A DNA stretch of 53,458 nt, filler included, from Perkinsus olseni (GCA_013115125.1; 3 parts of 3 records of this genome joined end to end with filler, not necessarily neighbours in it), one strand, 5' to 3'. Numbered from the whole stretch's first letter, positions 34,266 through 47,187 are shown. Numbers and translations: made by a program. Notes: generated by a model from the letters alone, not told the origin.

Positions 34266-34803
34266 GATGGTTGGCAGAAAACACGCGCCGGAACTGTTCC
34301 GTTGCGAAAACGGACGCCCAGCCTAACTGGTCCTAGCAGGAATACCTATCCTTGTCCGGACCAGTCTACATAGAATTCCGAAGGCTGTTGAATGTATCGC
34401 ATGACCATGCAGTTCTTTCGTCTTGAGTGAAGGTAGTTGTTGCTACTTCCGACTGACGATCGCCTCTTTGATTGCCGTCGACGGATGCGCATCCTTCCAC
34501 CCTATCATTGATCACAACTTTAGGGAGTAGTATCTCAATTCTAGAGCGGGGAAGGTGCGCAGAACCATGGTGGACTTCCTCGCACTGGACCAAAGGCAGT
34601 GTGATCGGACGGGCTTCTTGCCAGGTTCGGCCAGCCATAATTGATTCTGATGGCATATTTCACGTGTTATATCCACTTCCAACATTGGGGTCTTAGCATA
34701 CAGATTGATAACAGATGATCAGCAACTTGATCGCAGTGGACGGCGTCGCGTCACAGTTGACGGGCCCGGGCGAGCGCATAAATACCGGGCGCATAGGTCA
34801 AAT

Positions 34804-34931
34804 GGGTTGTACATGAAAATGGTGAATCCTGAAAATGGTGAATCGGAAAAAATTACCCGCGAACCCTGATAATGGTGAAGACACGAAATTACGAAATTAC
34901 GAAATTATTGACACGGCCCCATAATGGGGCC
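34804..34931 (+). mobile_element. Possible DNA-transposon terminus (MULE-like architecture)
   Basis: Starts GGGTTGTACA. Contains three TGA(A/T)AATGGTGAA units, a tandem CGAAATTA x3 and a GGCCCCAT-A-ATGGGGCC hairpin. The partner end was not found before the gap. Confidence 0.35.
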
Positions 34932-34956
34932 CCAGTACAAAAAAACTATTATTATC

Positions 34957-35027
34957 GAATTGTTGGTCAAGTGGTTAAGGTTCAGAGTTGTGTGTCTTGA
35001 GACCCAGGTTCAAATCTAGGGTTAAGT
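34957..35027 (+). other. Degenerate tRNA-like sequence (tRNA pseudogene or SINE head)
   Basis: A-box TGGTCAAGTGG followed by TTAAGG, and B-box GGTTCAAATC at tRNA spacing, with TTGTG in the loop. The stems are imperfect. Confidence 0.5.
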
Positions 35028-35626
35028 AAGTTAGTTCGTGGCTTCAATTTGAAGTGGGTTTTGCTGGATGTATATGCCAGTCCTTCTTGAAGGCTTTGAA
35101 TGTAGTGACGCGGTGGACAAGCTAGCCTGGGCAAGTTAGCTGGTTCAGCAGTCACTCCTGGATAAGTGTTGTATTTGTCTCTATCGTCTCATTTCTTGCT
35201 CCTAGTTCCTCATTATCGCTATAGTGTTACTAGAACTGTTGTACTACAGTACTTCTTCCTCTCCCGTGGTACTATGAACTCGAACACTTTAAACACATAT
35301 GAAAATCGCCTGTCGCTACTAGTGTAATTCTCGGCGCTGTTCTCATTCAAATCTACACTCAGCTTCCATTTTCGTATATGCATACCTGTCACCCTGATAA
35401 TAGAATGTCACGCGTGACAGCTTCGTACTGGTGTACGAGCATGAACACGAAAAAGGCGAAGAAAGCATTGAGGTTTGATTACCAGTCGAATGATGTTATG
35501 TAGCAGTGTTACAGATAGTGCTACCTTTTCAGATCCATCATAGATGGATGTTTTATACCGAATATGAGATGGAAGATGATCGGGGCATGGGAGGAAGGCC
35601 TTAACTGCGGACAGACACGGATCGGG

Positions 35627-35726
35627 NNNNNNNNNNNNNNNNNNNNNNNNNNNNNNNNNNNNNNNNNNNNTTAATTAATTAANNNNNNNNNNNNNNNNNN
35701 NNNNNNNNNNNNNNNNNNNNNNNNNN
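35627..35726. other. Assembly gap with artificial six-frame stop linker
   Basis: N44-TTAATTAATTAA-N44. Confidence 0.97.
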
Positions 35727-36216
35727 ATGCGATTACGTTGGTAGAAATACCGTTAAAGTCGCGCGGTTCGTTGCTTTGGCGAGAGATGTATGATTATCAC
35801 ACTATACATCTTTCCCTTCTCCATTCGGATGAATGGTCTTGGACCGTAAAAAAAAATTTAAGACTCTAAAGTCTACTCAGCTGCAGGAAATCGTTTTCCA
35901 AACTGATTGTAATATCGAAGGGTTCGCAAACGAAGTCTGCAAGATGCGCAGCTCGTGCGAATTGGGGAAAATATCATCGATTAGGCAGCCCGAAAATCAA
36001 GCGTGGATGGTGCTCAGCGTAGACGGGGCCCGAAATAGTCGATATCTTCGCCGATACGTATGATTGGGCGAGTGAGTGCGCGATGCTAATCTATTGCCGT
36101 GGCGAGCGCCGCCCTAAATGTTCGAGCGCTGCCGACCTTTCCCAAGGCCGTACGGCGTGCGCCGCCTTGGGGTAGCGCTCGGGCACGAATATTCTGTCAA
36201 GCTGCTTGACTTAAGC

Positions 36217-38431
36217 ATGTTTAGAGAGCAAGTTTTACTTCTGTTGGAAGATCCCCACTCACGACGACGGCTAGGAGATGCGAACTCTGATGTCTACTGC
36301 TTCGTGTAGTTCGAGGGTTGACTGGGAAGCTTTCATAGGCTTTTCTCGTCGAATCGTGTGCGTCGTAAGCTCTCATCGGGAACCGTGCAGCCACTACGCG
36401 GTGTCACCGCGGCGGTGTCCTGAGACGCTTGTACTGCTTCCTCCACTTCTGTAGTTGCAGGATACCGTTCAAATGTTAGTCAACGGCGGAACTGGCTCTT
36501 CCGGCATCGACACCATCCCGCCCCAGGACTCTGTGGAGGAGCCTTACCAGGAGACGGTTCGAACGTCGTCCACACAGTTGGCATCCACCAACGTCGTCGT
36601 CGATAATCTTGTCCCAAATGGAGCCGAAGAACAGGGGTCTAGGCCTTCACCGTGGTCGCGACAATCCATGATATGTATCTTTCCGAAACGGAATCAAAGT
36701 GAGATGAGAGGGAGGATAACCAATGGTATGGAGACGGGAAACGTGGTACGTAGTATGCGGCCGGAGGTTTCCTATCGATCCGCGTTGTGTCAGGCTTCAC
36801 TCACGGTGGGATCGAACAGCCCAATATTCATCAACATTGATGATTGCTGCATACAGATTTGGCCTAGACCTGTACCGCTGGTAGGATCTGACTCGGTACG
36901 CCCAAGAGTGGTTGTCTCGGCGCCAAGTCACAGGGTAGTTGGTATCGCTCGGCTGGGCCGGTTCTTTATCTTCGTTCTCAGGTCGATGTTGTCCCCTGAT
37001 TCTGAGAAGATGTGAGCGCAATCAGAAATCGGAGGGTCGATACGGACTGATCAGACTTCCTGTTCGATTTCTTGGCTAGTAGCTCATCATGCAGTGTTGC
37101 CTTTGTCCTCACACGATCATTAATTCTGAGTTTTAGGAAATTTGTAATAGAAATTCTAGAGCGGGCACAACCGGGGCTATGTGAGAGTTGGTCTTCCTGG
37201 CAGCAAGTTCCTGCCAAGAACGTCCTGGTTCAGGATCCTGGATCTTGGCAGATATCCGAGTGATCTATGATAGAACCAGTGAAGCTGTACACCGGCATGC
37301 GTTACTTTGAGAGTCCCAGACTGAGACCTACCGCAGCTCCGCTGCGGCAGCTATACGACAACCAACTACATTGCAGTCTCGTTGAAAATAATAAGTTATT
37401 AATAATAACTTCATATGGACGCGTGGGAGGACATCTGGGACAATCTGGAAGCCCTCGTAACGCAGCTTGTGACAAAAGTACTCAGAAGAGCACGTCGAGA
37501 GCTGCAAACGGATGTGGCTCTTGACGTCAACGGGTAGGGTCTTCGAGCGCGTCATCATTCTCTACGTCTCGATTCTTTAGGCTTACCGAGTCGGACACGG
37601 ACCTGTCCAAGAGCAATGATGCGGCAGTGGTAATACAGCGCTCCATACGCCGCCGGAGTGAAAGTATGCCACAAGTTGCAGGGATACAGGTAAGCACGGT
37701 GCGAGTTAGCGGTGGGCCAAGCTCGTTGAACCTTGCCGCAGACAAATGAGGATGTTGGTCCTTCCGCCACACGGCTACTCGGACATAGAAGATCCACCAG
37801 GCTACCACCTTCCGTCATCCGAGTTACTCGACAGCGACAAGCTGGCCACAACCCGTGCTCCATGTCCCGGGTTGTCGGTCCGAAGTTGGATTCGAGAAGA
37901 TTCATTATATATCCACACGTGTCTAGTTCAGGCGAAATTTTCCAGGTAAGCGGCATTCCTTATTATTGGAGATTTTTTAGGTCGTCGGACGATCACCGTC
38001 CTGGTGAATAGGTGGGCCACTCACGCATGCATGACTCATGCTAACGAGTGCCTCAGACGCAGCTCGTGCTGGACGGGTTTCCGCGCGACAGTTCTCCCGG
38101 AGTTATCGTGGAGCAGCTATACGAATTTGCGGATGGGGGTGGCGAAGAGGTAGGGCATTTCTTGAAGCTTCTTCGTCGACTTTTCCGGCTTAGCCTATCG
38201 ATGTAGCGGCAGTTGATACTAATCGGATGGGGGCTAAGAACCAGTTGACGTACTTCTGCGAATACGTTATGGACCTCATCAGAGAGTAACATCCATGCTC
38301 ATCTGTTAGCTATTTCGGATCTATTCTGGCTCAGGCACTCTGCTGACAGTAGGCGTATGGAAGAGTTGGTCGGAGCGCTGAAGGGCTGCCGCAAACACGT
38401 CGAAAAGAGAATGGCGTCTCACGTTGAGTGA
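36217..38431 (+). CDS. Multi-exon hypothetical protein
   Basis: Coding-like segments bounded by AG/GT (e.g. 36455-36745, TQLVLDGFPRDSSPGVIVEQLYEF, and terminal RMEELVGALKGCRKHVEKRMASHVE*). No family recognised. Confidence 0.3.
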
Positions 38432-39407
38432 ACGATATGCTGTGAACAGTCGTGACCGCTGATCAGTAAACAGTGGCAGATTTCCGTTTCACTCAGGGGC
38501 CGTCCTGCCTCCTACTGGTCAGTTGGGGAGCGGGAAGCACCTCTCGCGTTTGTGGTTTGCCTTGTTCACAACATGTGAATCACGTCGCTCTATGTAGTGC
38601 ATGAAACATTGAGTTGCGTATTAGTACTACGGTAATGCGGCAGTGCCGTAACAGTGTTACGGACCGTAACTTACGGTAACAGCACTTCGGCGGCGACCCG
38701 TTCCCCACCGAGGGAGTTTATTGGATATGGAATCTGTGCTATGGATTGCAACCCCATCCCAAGATACACTGTATCTGATACAGGGTTGTCTACTACAGCA
38801 AAGGATAGTCATGGTAGATTTCGATTTGGCCTATCATCAGATGTGTACGCAAAACTGCGGCTCAGGACTCCGGCAGAGTGTGGTACGAGTCATGCCTCCA
38901 GGTGAGTGGTGCACGCGCTTGTAAACATTGAGGTGTTGTTTGCCCTGGAGATACCTCCGGCTGGAATGTGTCCTGGGCCAGGCTTCTCTGCATTGCCAGT
39001 GTTTTCTAGGCTCTCATTACTGCTCGCGCTCGAGGATATTATGTTCCTCCGAATGCTACAGCTATAGGTGTTCCGACGTCCGAGCTCGTGGAGGGGATAC
39101 TTCTGGGTTGATATCACTACTACGTTTGCTTCAGGTCTTTGCTTGGGAAAGCTTCTTTTGTGTCTGATTGCGATCGTTCAGCGTCTCTGCCTGAGAATCT
39201 GTAACTATCAATGTCGTTGGCTCAACAACCTTGATTGTCTGACGCTATCGAAACATCGCATAGCTCAACCTCTGTTTTGGCTCCGGTTTGAATGAACTTG
39301 GGGAGTTCAAGTAGCCACTTCAATCTCGATGAACGTGTGGCGCTGCAATCGTACTATCGCATCACTCATCAATGTTCGGGTTAGTCATCATCTTCATCTC
39401 AAGCTTG

Positions 39408-39640
39408 ATGCCCAGAGCCTAAGGCTGTCAGCCTTTTCTAACCATCCACGCGCAGCAAGGGTGATTCAGCTACTGTCAAATTTGATGCCGGTGGTGATGC
39501 ATGCAGGTGACAGCCCGTTTCAGCCGAGTTGGCCTGAGCCGACCACGCCGCCATCGGAGGCGGAGTCCTCTGATCGTCATCCCCAGGATGGCGCCATGTT
39601 GCATCTGGGAGTTCTCTACCTCATCGAGGGGCACCTCTGG
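39408..39640 (+). pseudogene. Degenerate duplicate of exons 1-2 of the adjacent Far11/STRIP gene
   Basis: 39507-39640 reads SSDRHPQDGAMLHLGVLYLIEGHLW, versus SSDRQLPNGAISDLEALYLIDEYLW at 39887-40020. Both follow an AG acceptor in the same phase. Confidence 0.7.
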
Positions 39641-39787
39641 CTTTGTCTTGTACTATCTACCAAAGCGAGGCGCACCTCGGCCCATGCGTGAGCCATTCAG
39701 AAATGATAGGCGTGTCGCGTTGGAGTTAGACCACGGGTTGGCGGCGTTGACGACGTCGACACATCATCCCCAGCTCTCCTGAGTTTG

Positions 39788-42700
39788 ATGACCTCGGCCT
39801 CGCCAGGACATCCATCGCCATCAACTCGCAGGAGAAGTAAACTTGCTGCTCCAGTTAGATTTGATTTCGAACTCTTGAGTGTATAGGTGGCAGCTCCCTG
39901 CAGCCGTCCTCACCCAAGCCGGATACGTCACCGTCGAGAGCATCGTCCTCTGATCGCCAGCTCCCAAATGGCGCCATCTCGGATCTAGAAGCTCTCTATC
40001 TGATTGACGAGTACCTCTGGCACACGGAAATACAGGTATCCAATCTCCTCCGGATTCTTTCAAATTTAGTCTCGTCGTTCAGGACCTTTTCCTTGGCCGC
40101 CAGAGCTTCGCTCGGCTGTGCGAGTCCTTGGGCTCTGATGACATAGCGGATGTGGTGGCCAGATGCCTAGCCCTTCTAGTAGAGTCACTAGACGGCATGG
40201 ACGACCCTGTTGTAGAGAGAGGACAATGGCTCAGAGTGGACACTCTGATGGCCTTACAGTGAGCGACCGATGGGAGGATGGCTCGTGTTCCCTCACCGGC
40301 TCCCTCCAGGTATATAAGTTTTGGCTGCTCGCTCGCTGAGGATTCGCCCTGTGACACTCTCGTCCCCTTGATGCGCAGTGCAAGCGAGATGTTCTACCAT
40401 GAAGGAGTCCTGCGGTGTATGGTCCTGCTCCTGGACAAGCTGCTAGGTCGGTGCGACCTGCTCAAGTTGCCTGTATCAGTCCTTTAGACTCGGCCTACAT
40501 GCTCACCCGAAAACGCGATGCCGGGTATCTGCCGGAAGACCCCCGCCCGTGAGTTCCTGAGTGCCGCCCAAGGAGACAATGACCCATTGTCAGGTGCGAG
40601 CTCTTACTGGCTAGAGAGCTCCGATGCTGCTTCAACATAATATACGTCTGCGTGCTTTTCAATCTGCATCGTCCGGACTTCACAGAGGAGTGCCTTGTGG
40701 GTTCATCTCGCGGAGGCGTGGATGGCCCTCAGGAGACAGTAGGGAATAATGGCTGGTCTAGTTTCCTAGCACCTGGTCTTTCGCTCAGCCCTCTCGGTGT
40801 GGAGAGACTGATGATGGAGAGGGGGAGCGGTCACTGATGGAAGTACTGACCTTCGCGTCGCGGTTCGCGCTGGACCTCCGGGAGCTGCCAATACGGAAGG
40901 TGCGAGCCAGGAGTCTCCCGTTCTCTTCGATGCACCCCTCAGCTCCTCCTATGCGACCTGCTGCTTTGGAAGGCCATCCTCGATGCGCCTGATCGGTGGC
41001 TCTTCCTGATGACGCCCAACACTCCTGAGAGGGGTCAGTCCGATATCAACCTAGCGCTCTCGCACTTTCTGTCGTGTAGATCTGCGTCAATGCCGGAAGT
41101 CCGTCCGCACACTCCAAGCGGCATCTCAGACAGAGTGCAGCGTCCTTCTAGGGGAGTTCCCGGCCTCCGAGCCCAAGTTGAAGGACTTCCAAGTCAGCCC
41201 GCCTCCCACCATCATCGCCCCTTGCAGGATGCTTCAGGCCTTCGTCGTCCTCTGTCTTCACGAGAACTACATCCACACTAAGCATGGCTGTAGGAGGCCT
41301 ACACCCATCCGAGAGGCCCTCAGTATCATCAACGATTACCAGGTAGAGTCCCGAGGCCAGCCCTCCTTGCGGACCCCCTGCTTCTCCTCCAGGATAGATT
41401 CCTGCGCTCCTACGCCTTCCACGCCGCCGAGGAGGAGTTCCTCAGGAGGAACTCGACACCTCTAGCTGACATCTACACACGGTGAGGTCGTCTCTCGGTG
41501 GGTGCGCGCCCATCGCCTGGCTCGCTAGGTTCCTCTCTTTGAAAGCGCAAGGCCTGATCAAGTACCGCATGGGTCTCACGCGGGTACAGAAAAGCGATGC
41601 GGAGAGTCGGTTCTCCATCCAGCAGTTAGTGAAGCACCTGATGCCCAATTGGGAGGACCGCACTGTAACCTCGAAGGCATCCCCGCAGGCTCGGTGATGC
41701 GCCTATGTGTTCAGGCACAGACAAAACGTGCGCTGAGCAGAGGGTATTGGTGTAACGGCGTGAGGGTCCCGGCGGCTCCACCGACCCGGCGCGGGGAGAG
41801 AGGCCGTCGGCAACCGTCTTCTTGGGTGAATGAAAACGCCGGGGGGAATAGATCTTCGGGGAGAGACGATAGAGAGGAGGAGGAGGAGGATGATGATGAC
41901 TCGTGGGGGTCCTTCCCCAGCATCCTTCGTTGGACAGCTTGTTCTCAGGTCCTCGGTGATAACCTCCAGCTCCGAGGCCTCATCGAACGCCTCACTAGAT
42001 CCTGATGTGATGGACGCGGGGTTCCGATTGTTACGACAGGCGGCCGACGAGGAGGACGAAGACGATGAGGAGCCATCGCCGGAGGATGTCATCTCACTCG
42101 AGGTTGGCGTCCTGTCACCATGCCGCGGCTCACTGCACCACCCTCAGGATTTTGTGCACTCTCTGCCCCTCATGGGTGGTAGCGGTCAGGCCAATAACGG
42201 CAGAGGCCCGAGGGGAGGCGGAGGAGGGGTCAAGATGAGCGTGGAGGACGTGAAGCTGATGTTTGAGGGGGTCACTCGGTGGACCTCCGCCGATGACCAC
42301 GAGGAGCTGCTCGACGCAGTGTGTGGTGACAAGCACCACCCTCACAGCCCTGGCGAGGTCGACACGCCCGATGCAGAGCAACCCGAGCCTCTCGTGGGGG
42401 CCTGCCAGCCGGGGGACCGCTTGATAGAGAAGTTCGGTTGCTACTTTTTACTCAGAATTTCATAACATATCTCTAGGTTCTTCCGGTGCCTCATGCCCAA
42501 GCTAGACAGCCTGTTTTCGACTCTGCAGCAGCTGAGCCTTGTAAGGGGTTGACTCTAGTGTTCCGGGGAGGTGATGGTTCTCAGTCGGCGTCGAAGAACC
42601 CCAGCGAGTACCCGAGCACCATCGATCTCTCGCTTGAGCGCAGATTGCTATTCCAGCAGCAGGTAGGCCAAGGGCGTCGGGTAAGCTGGACGCGCTGACG

Positions 42701-44433
42701 CAGTGTGAGTTCAGGCTCTCGACGATCGAGGCCGCCGGGGCACGGCAGACTCAGGCGACCATTCAGAGGTAGGGCGACCGAGGGTCACCACTGGTCTCTC
42801 CCGTCTTGGTGTAGACTGGTGTTGGGCTATGGCCGTAGTCCCAGCTACCTCCCCGTAGGTCGTCGATCCGGGAGGCTCCATTCCACGAACACGCCGATCG
42901 TACTCGTTCACTCGGTTTCAGAATCTTACCATAGAAGAGTTGATGCTGGTCGACGGGGCCACTCTAGCGAGTGCCTCCCTTCGACGACGGCCGAGGGAGG
43001 AGAAGGAGATGCAGCGGTAAATTCGATCGGATTTTGGTCGAAGCGTCTAGCATCACCTGCAGGCATTCCGATATCATAACGGCAGCAGCGACCGGTATGG
43101 CCGTCTGCCTGCTGAAGAGAAGTCGTCAAATCTCCCTGCAACTTTTCCAAAGTATAGTCGATTCCTTCTGCAGTACGAGTCAAGTCACGATTCGCCCGCC
43201 ATCTGCATTGTCCTCCGGTTAGAGAACAACGGAGCTCTCGTGATGCTGAAGATTCTGAACGGTCTGGATGAAACGGCTGTGGGGCCTTACGACGTGCCCC
43301 CTGTCCTACCATGCCTTCGAGCGGCCGACAAAGTATCCAGGGTTCCCTGGGAGGCTGAGGGAGATGCGGCTGCAATGGAGACGTAAGCCCTTTGGTGAGA
43401 CCGCCTTGCATCGCTCCGCCTCAGATTGCAAAACGCCATGCCATCGCCCCTAGCTGAATCATACTGGAGGGCCGCCAGCGTTCTTTACGCCGTCTGCAGG
43501 GATTCACCAGAGAGGTGAGAAGGCCGTGAAGCTAGTATTGCTTCGACGTGGTCTTTTCAGGGTACGGAAGGTCCTGGTGCAGTTCCGCTCCTTCTCATCG
43601 CTGGTGAAGATGTTTCGAACTCCCAACCGGCAAATCCAGAAGGTTGCCTATAAGCTCTTTAAGAAGCAGGTTCGGTAAGTATCTTAGAATCTTGGCCGTG
43701 CGCTCATGCCTCCTCACAACACCAGTTTCTACCCCAAGAAGCTGAAGATGAATTCGATGAGCGCCATCTCCACAGCGTACAACCTCTTGCCTACTAGTCC
43801 TGTTGAGGATTGGGTTCTTTCCTCTCCCTTGCACGCCGAAAATCACCGAGATGAGGGTAGCCGAGCTCGCCTTCGCTGACGCTTAGCGGATGGCTCATTG
43901 GTTGCCTGTCAGGACTCGTTCTGGACTTCACAAGTGGCGCCACCGACTACGCTCCGTCTGTTAACGAATTCCGGAAGTACAACGACATTGTCGCTCCGGA
44001 TGAAAGGTCCTCGCCTAAGAGAACGCTGGTCCCGAACAAGGCTGCCGCTGACCAGACCGACGAGGTATCTGATGCGATCGACCCGGAGTTGAGCTCGACG
44101 GAGCTGCTGAAACGAACTTCGGAAGAAATGGTATGTCCTCCTCGCCGCCGCCGCGAGATGGTCTTTATTGGCCTCTCGTCTTAGGCGGAGTACTACAAGC
44201 TCATCAGCTTGGTCGACTGGGCTGATCCGGAGTGTGTGGAAGCATTCCTTCAGGCAACGGGAATGACGCCAGAGGATTGTTTCTATGTAACTGGGCTCGG
44301 CTCCCTCAACCCTTTCCGAGGTCAGTGTGCGTTCCTTCAGGGGCACGCTAGCTTCGATGCTTGGCTGAACGATACGCTTTTGGCGAGCTCCGACGCAAGG
44401 CCGAGCCTCGCCACGCCAGTCCCAGAATCGTGA
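39788..44433 (+). CDS. Far11/STRIP1 (FAM40) family protein, STRIPAK subunit, many exons (may extend to 44508)
   Basis: ELPIRK/LLL..LLLWKAIL (cf. FPMKKVLLLLWK), PTPIREALSII, RHSDIITAAATGMAVCLLKRSR, NGALVMLKILN, VAYKLFKKQ and KMNSMSAISTAYNLLPTSPVEDW match the N1221 and DUF3402 motifs in order. Confidence 0.8.
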
Positions 44434-44692
44434 GGAATCCATCCTTCATCAGCATTTCCTCGATACTCTTAACTTTCCAGGTCAGAGGCCCCGACCACGA
44501 CTGTCTAGCGCTGCTAACTATTATACTAGTTATCATTGCTGTAGCATTATAGACCGACCTTTGCCTTGTTCGTATGGTTTGACTCCTGCTGATGGTGTTT
44601 GTCGTATTCCCGTGTGAGCCTTCTGCATTGTGTTCGGCACCGCCCCCACTGCTGTGGGGTGACCCTCCTTCTACGCAGGGGACTTCTTCGGA

Positions 44693-47187
44693 ATGGATAC
44701 TCGACTTGGCTGGAGCTTTCTACTTCTTGCGTGCTTCACCTTGTTCCATCGGATCTCAAATGCAGAGTCCCCATCGGAGATGGCCAACGTCTTGGCGGGC
44801 ACCATTAATAACTACGACATTTCCACCGGCGGCAACATGCCCCTCATGGCCAGGCCCTTTGGATTCAATCATTGGTCCGTAGCTACCACGATGCGTGATG
44901 GTCGTCTTGATTTCTCCCCAGCATCATCTGACTTCTACGGTATTCTGTGCACTCATCAGCCCTCGTGGTGGATAGGAGACTACGGGTACTTCCTCATACT
45001 GCCCAATGTGAATACCCCTTTCACCTCCTTTATAACGCTACCCGGGGCGAGCTTTTTCCGGCCAGATCAAACCGTGTACAGACCCTACTACTTTCGCACG
45101 TCCTTGGTCAACAGTGCCCCTGTTGCTGGCTACGGTTACGTCGTGACTGAGATGACTCCGACGGACCATGCGGCGGCTCTGCGTTTTCGGTTCGTCTCTA
45201 AAGGGAAGAAACAAATCATTTTTAGAAACTCTAGAGACCTCGTCTTGTTGTCGAAGCCGGATGAAGTGTCCAGGATCGTATTCACGACCAACGTGAACTC
45301 AGGCGGCGTCCCAGCCAACTTCCGAATGTTCGTTGTTATTGACGCCAAGCCTCTGCCGGTCTCCGTAACGCTCGATACTTCACTCTCCGTAACGCTCGAT
45401 ACTTCACTCTCGCGCGATGCCGTTCTGAGCTTCGACGTAGTTGGTGGTAATAGTACTACTACCGTGGTCGAGGTGAGGGTTGCCACTTCCTTCATCTCGG
45501 AGGCGCAGGCGTGGCTTAACCTTCGTAGGGAAGCTCCCTGGACCCGCACCTTCGACTTCCTCAAGGAACAGGGCAAGGGCGTTTGGGACGAGCGGATGTC
45601 AAGCATAGAGATAGACCCTGGTGTCAACAGTTACAATTTTCGGCGCACCTTCTACACCAACTACTACCGATCCCTCCTCTTCCCACGCCTACTAACTGAG
45701 CTCAACGAAACCGACACGAAGGTGCATTACAGTCCTTATACAGGGCGGGTCCATCCCGGGGAGCTGGCGGCTGACAGTGGTTTCTGGGACTCCTATAATA
45801 CGGTGTACCTGTGGCTGGACTTGGCGGCACCGGACGTCCTTGCGCGGCTACTTGAAGGCTGGGTCAACGCGTACAAGGAGGCCGGCTGGCTACCAACGTG
45901 GCCGTCGCCTGGGGAGAGACAGTCGATGATAGGAACAATGGGGGATGTGGTACGCGACAGATCGCTCCTGCATCATGAATTGGCGAAGTTGTGGTATGGT
46001 AGGTGTTCGCCTGGGCCATAGTGAGTGGGAAGGCTTCAGAAGAGGCGAAGCCGATGATGTACCAAGCGATAAGACAGGACGCTTTCGGGGAGTCGTCAGA
46101 GTCATCGCCCTTCGGACGTGCCTGCTCGAAGTATTATGACGAAAAAGGGTAAAACTGAAGCACTGCGCTCCGCTGCGAACTCTTGGCGATACAACCACAG
46201 GGCCTGCTGTCTCTCTGCAGATTCTTTCCCCCGTCGGAGTGTCCTGATTCTGTGTCCAGAGCCCTCATGAACATGGTGGCTGATTCCGCCATCGCCTTCG
46301 CGGCGGACAAGCTCGGTATGGCCGACGATGCCGCTGTCCTCCGTACGCGCGTCAGCCGGGCTGTCGATGCGAACTGGAACCCCGAGTTGGCAATATTCGG
46401 CCCTCGCGACGAGGCCGGCAACTGGTATAACATCTCCATCAAGAGTTGGAGCTCCCAAGCCTACACTGAGGGTGGTGCCCTGCAATACCGCTTTTGCCTG
46501 CCCTTCGACGTTCCACGCCTCGTAGGCCTGCATGGTGGTCGTGAGAAGTTCTGTGAGGCGATCCGAGGCCACTTTACTGACACCACCTTGCCGCTTTTCG
46601 AACCCTCCAGTCTCAGCATCATCACTCATGAGCAGAAGGAGCTCAGTCTCATAAGCGATCGCTTCGGGCAGTACGCGCACAACAATCAGCCCTCCCACCA
46701 TGTTCTTGGAGTTGCTCTGGCCGCCGGATGCACCACCGTAGCCGACGAGTACATGCGCCGGGTCCTCGAGGAGCTGTACAGCCCCGACGCCTGGTCCGGT
46801 GACGAAGACAACGGCGAGATGTCCGCTTGGTTCCTCTTGAATGCTATTGGTCTTTATATGATTGACTTTGGCAAAGATGAGCTGTTGCTGTTCTCTCCGA
46901 TGGTCGTTGGCTCAGTTCACATTAAATCGATGAACCTACTCATCGAGTCCTATGCCACAATTGATACTTCTTGTTCGCGTTGTCCATTTGTGTGCAGCGT
47001 CCGATGGTTCCCGTACTCCTTGGCATTATCACCATCGTCACCATCGGCTTCGAGGTCTCTAAGAGGGTGGCAGCCGATGAGGGGACAACTTCTGAGTAAT
47101 CGTACGATTGCCCGTTCTGAAGTGGAGAAGGGCGGCAGGCTTCTTTTCGAACTTTCACCTAACCCGTGTTCCACAGTAGCTTCTTGA
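44693..47187 (+). CDS. Secreted glycoside hydrolase family 92 (alpha-mannosidase), 3 exons
   Basis: Signal peptide, GGNMPLMARPFGFNHW, THQPSWWIGDYG, DSGFWDSY, WPSPGERQSMIGT, YAHNNQPSHH and GDEDNGEMSAW. Introns at ~45950-46002 and ~46149-46220. Confidence 0.93.
45360..45410 (+). repeat. In-frame 24-nt tandem duplication (SVTLDTSL x2) in GH92
   Basis: CTCCGTAACGCTCGATACTTCACT occurs twice in tandem. Confidence 0.9.

Noticed and set aside
34366-34696. Short ORFs upstream of pyrC as a retroelement relic
   Set aside because: No convincing RT, endonuclease or integrase motif in any frame.
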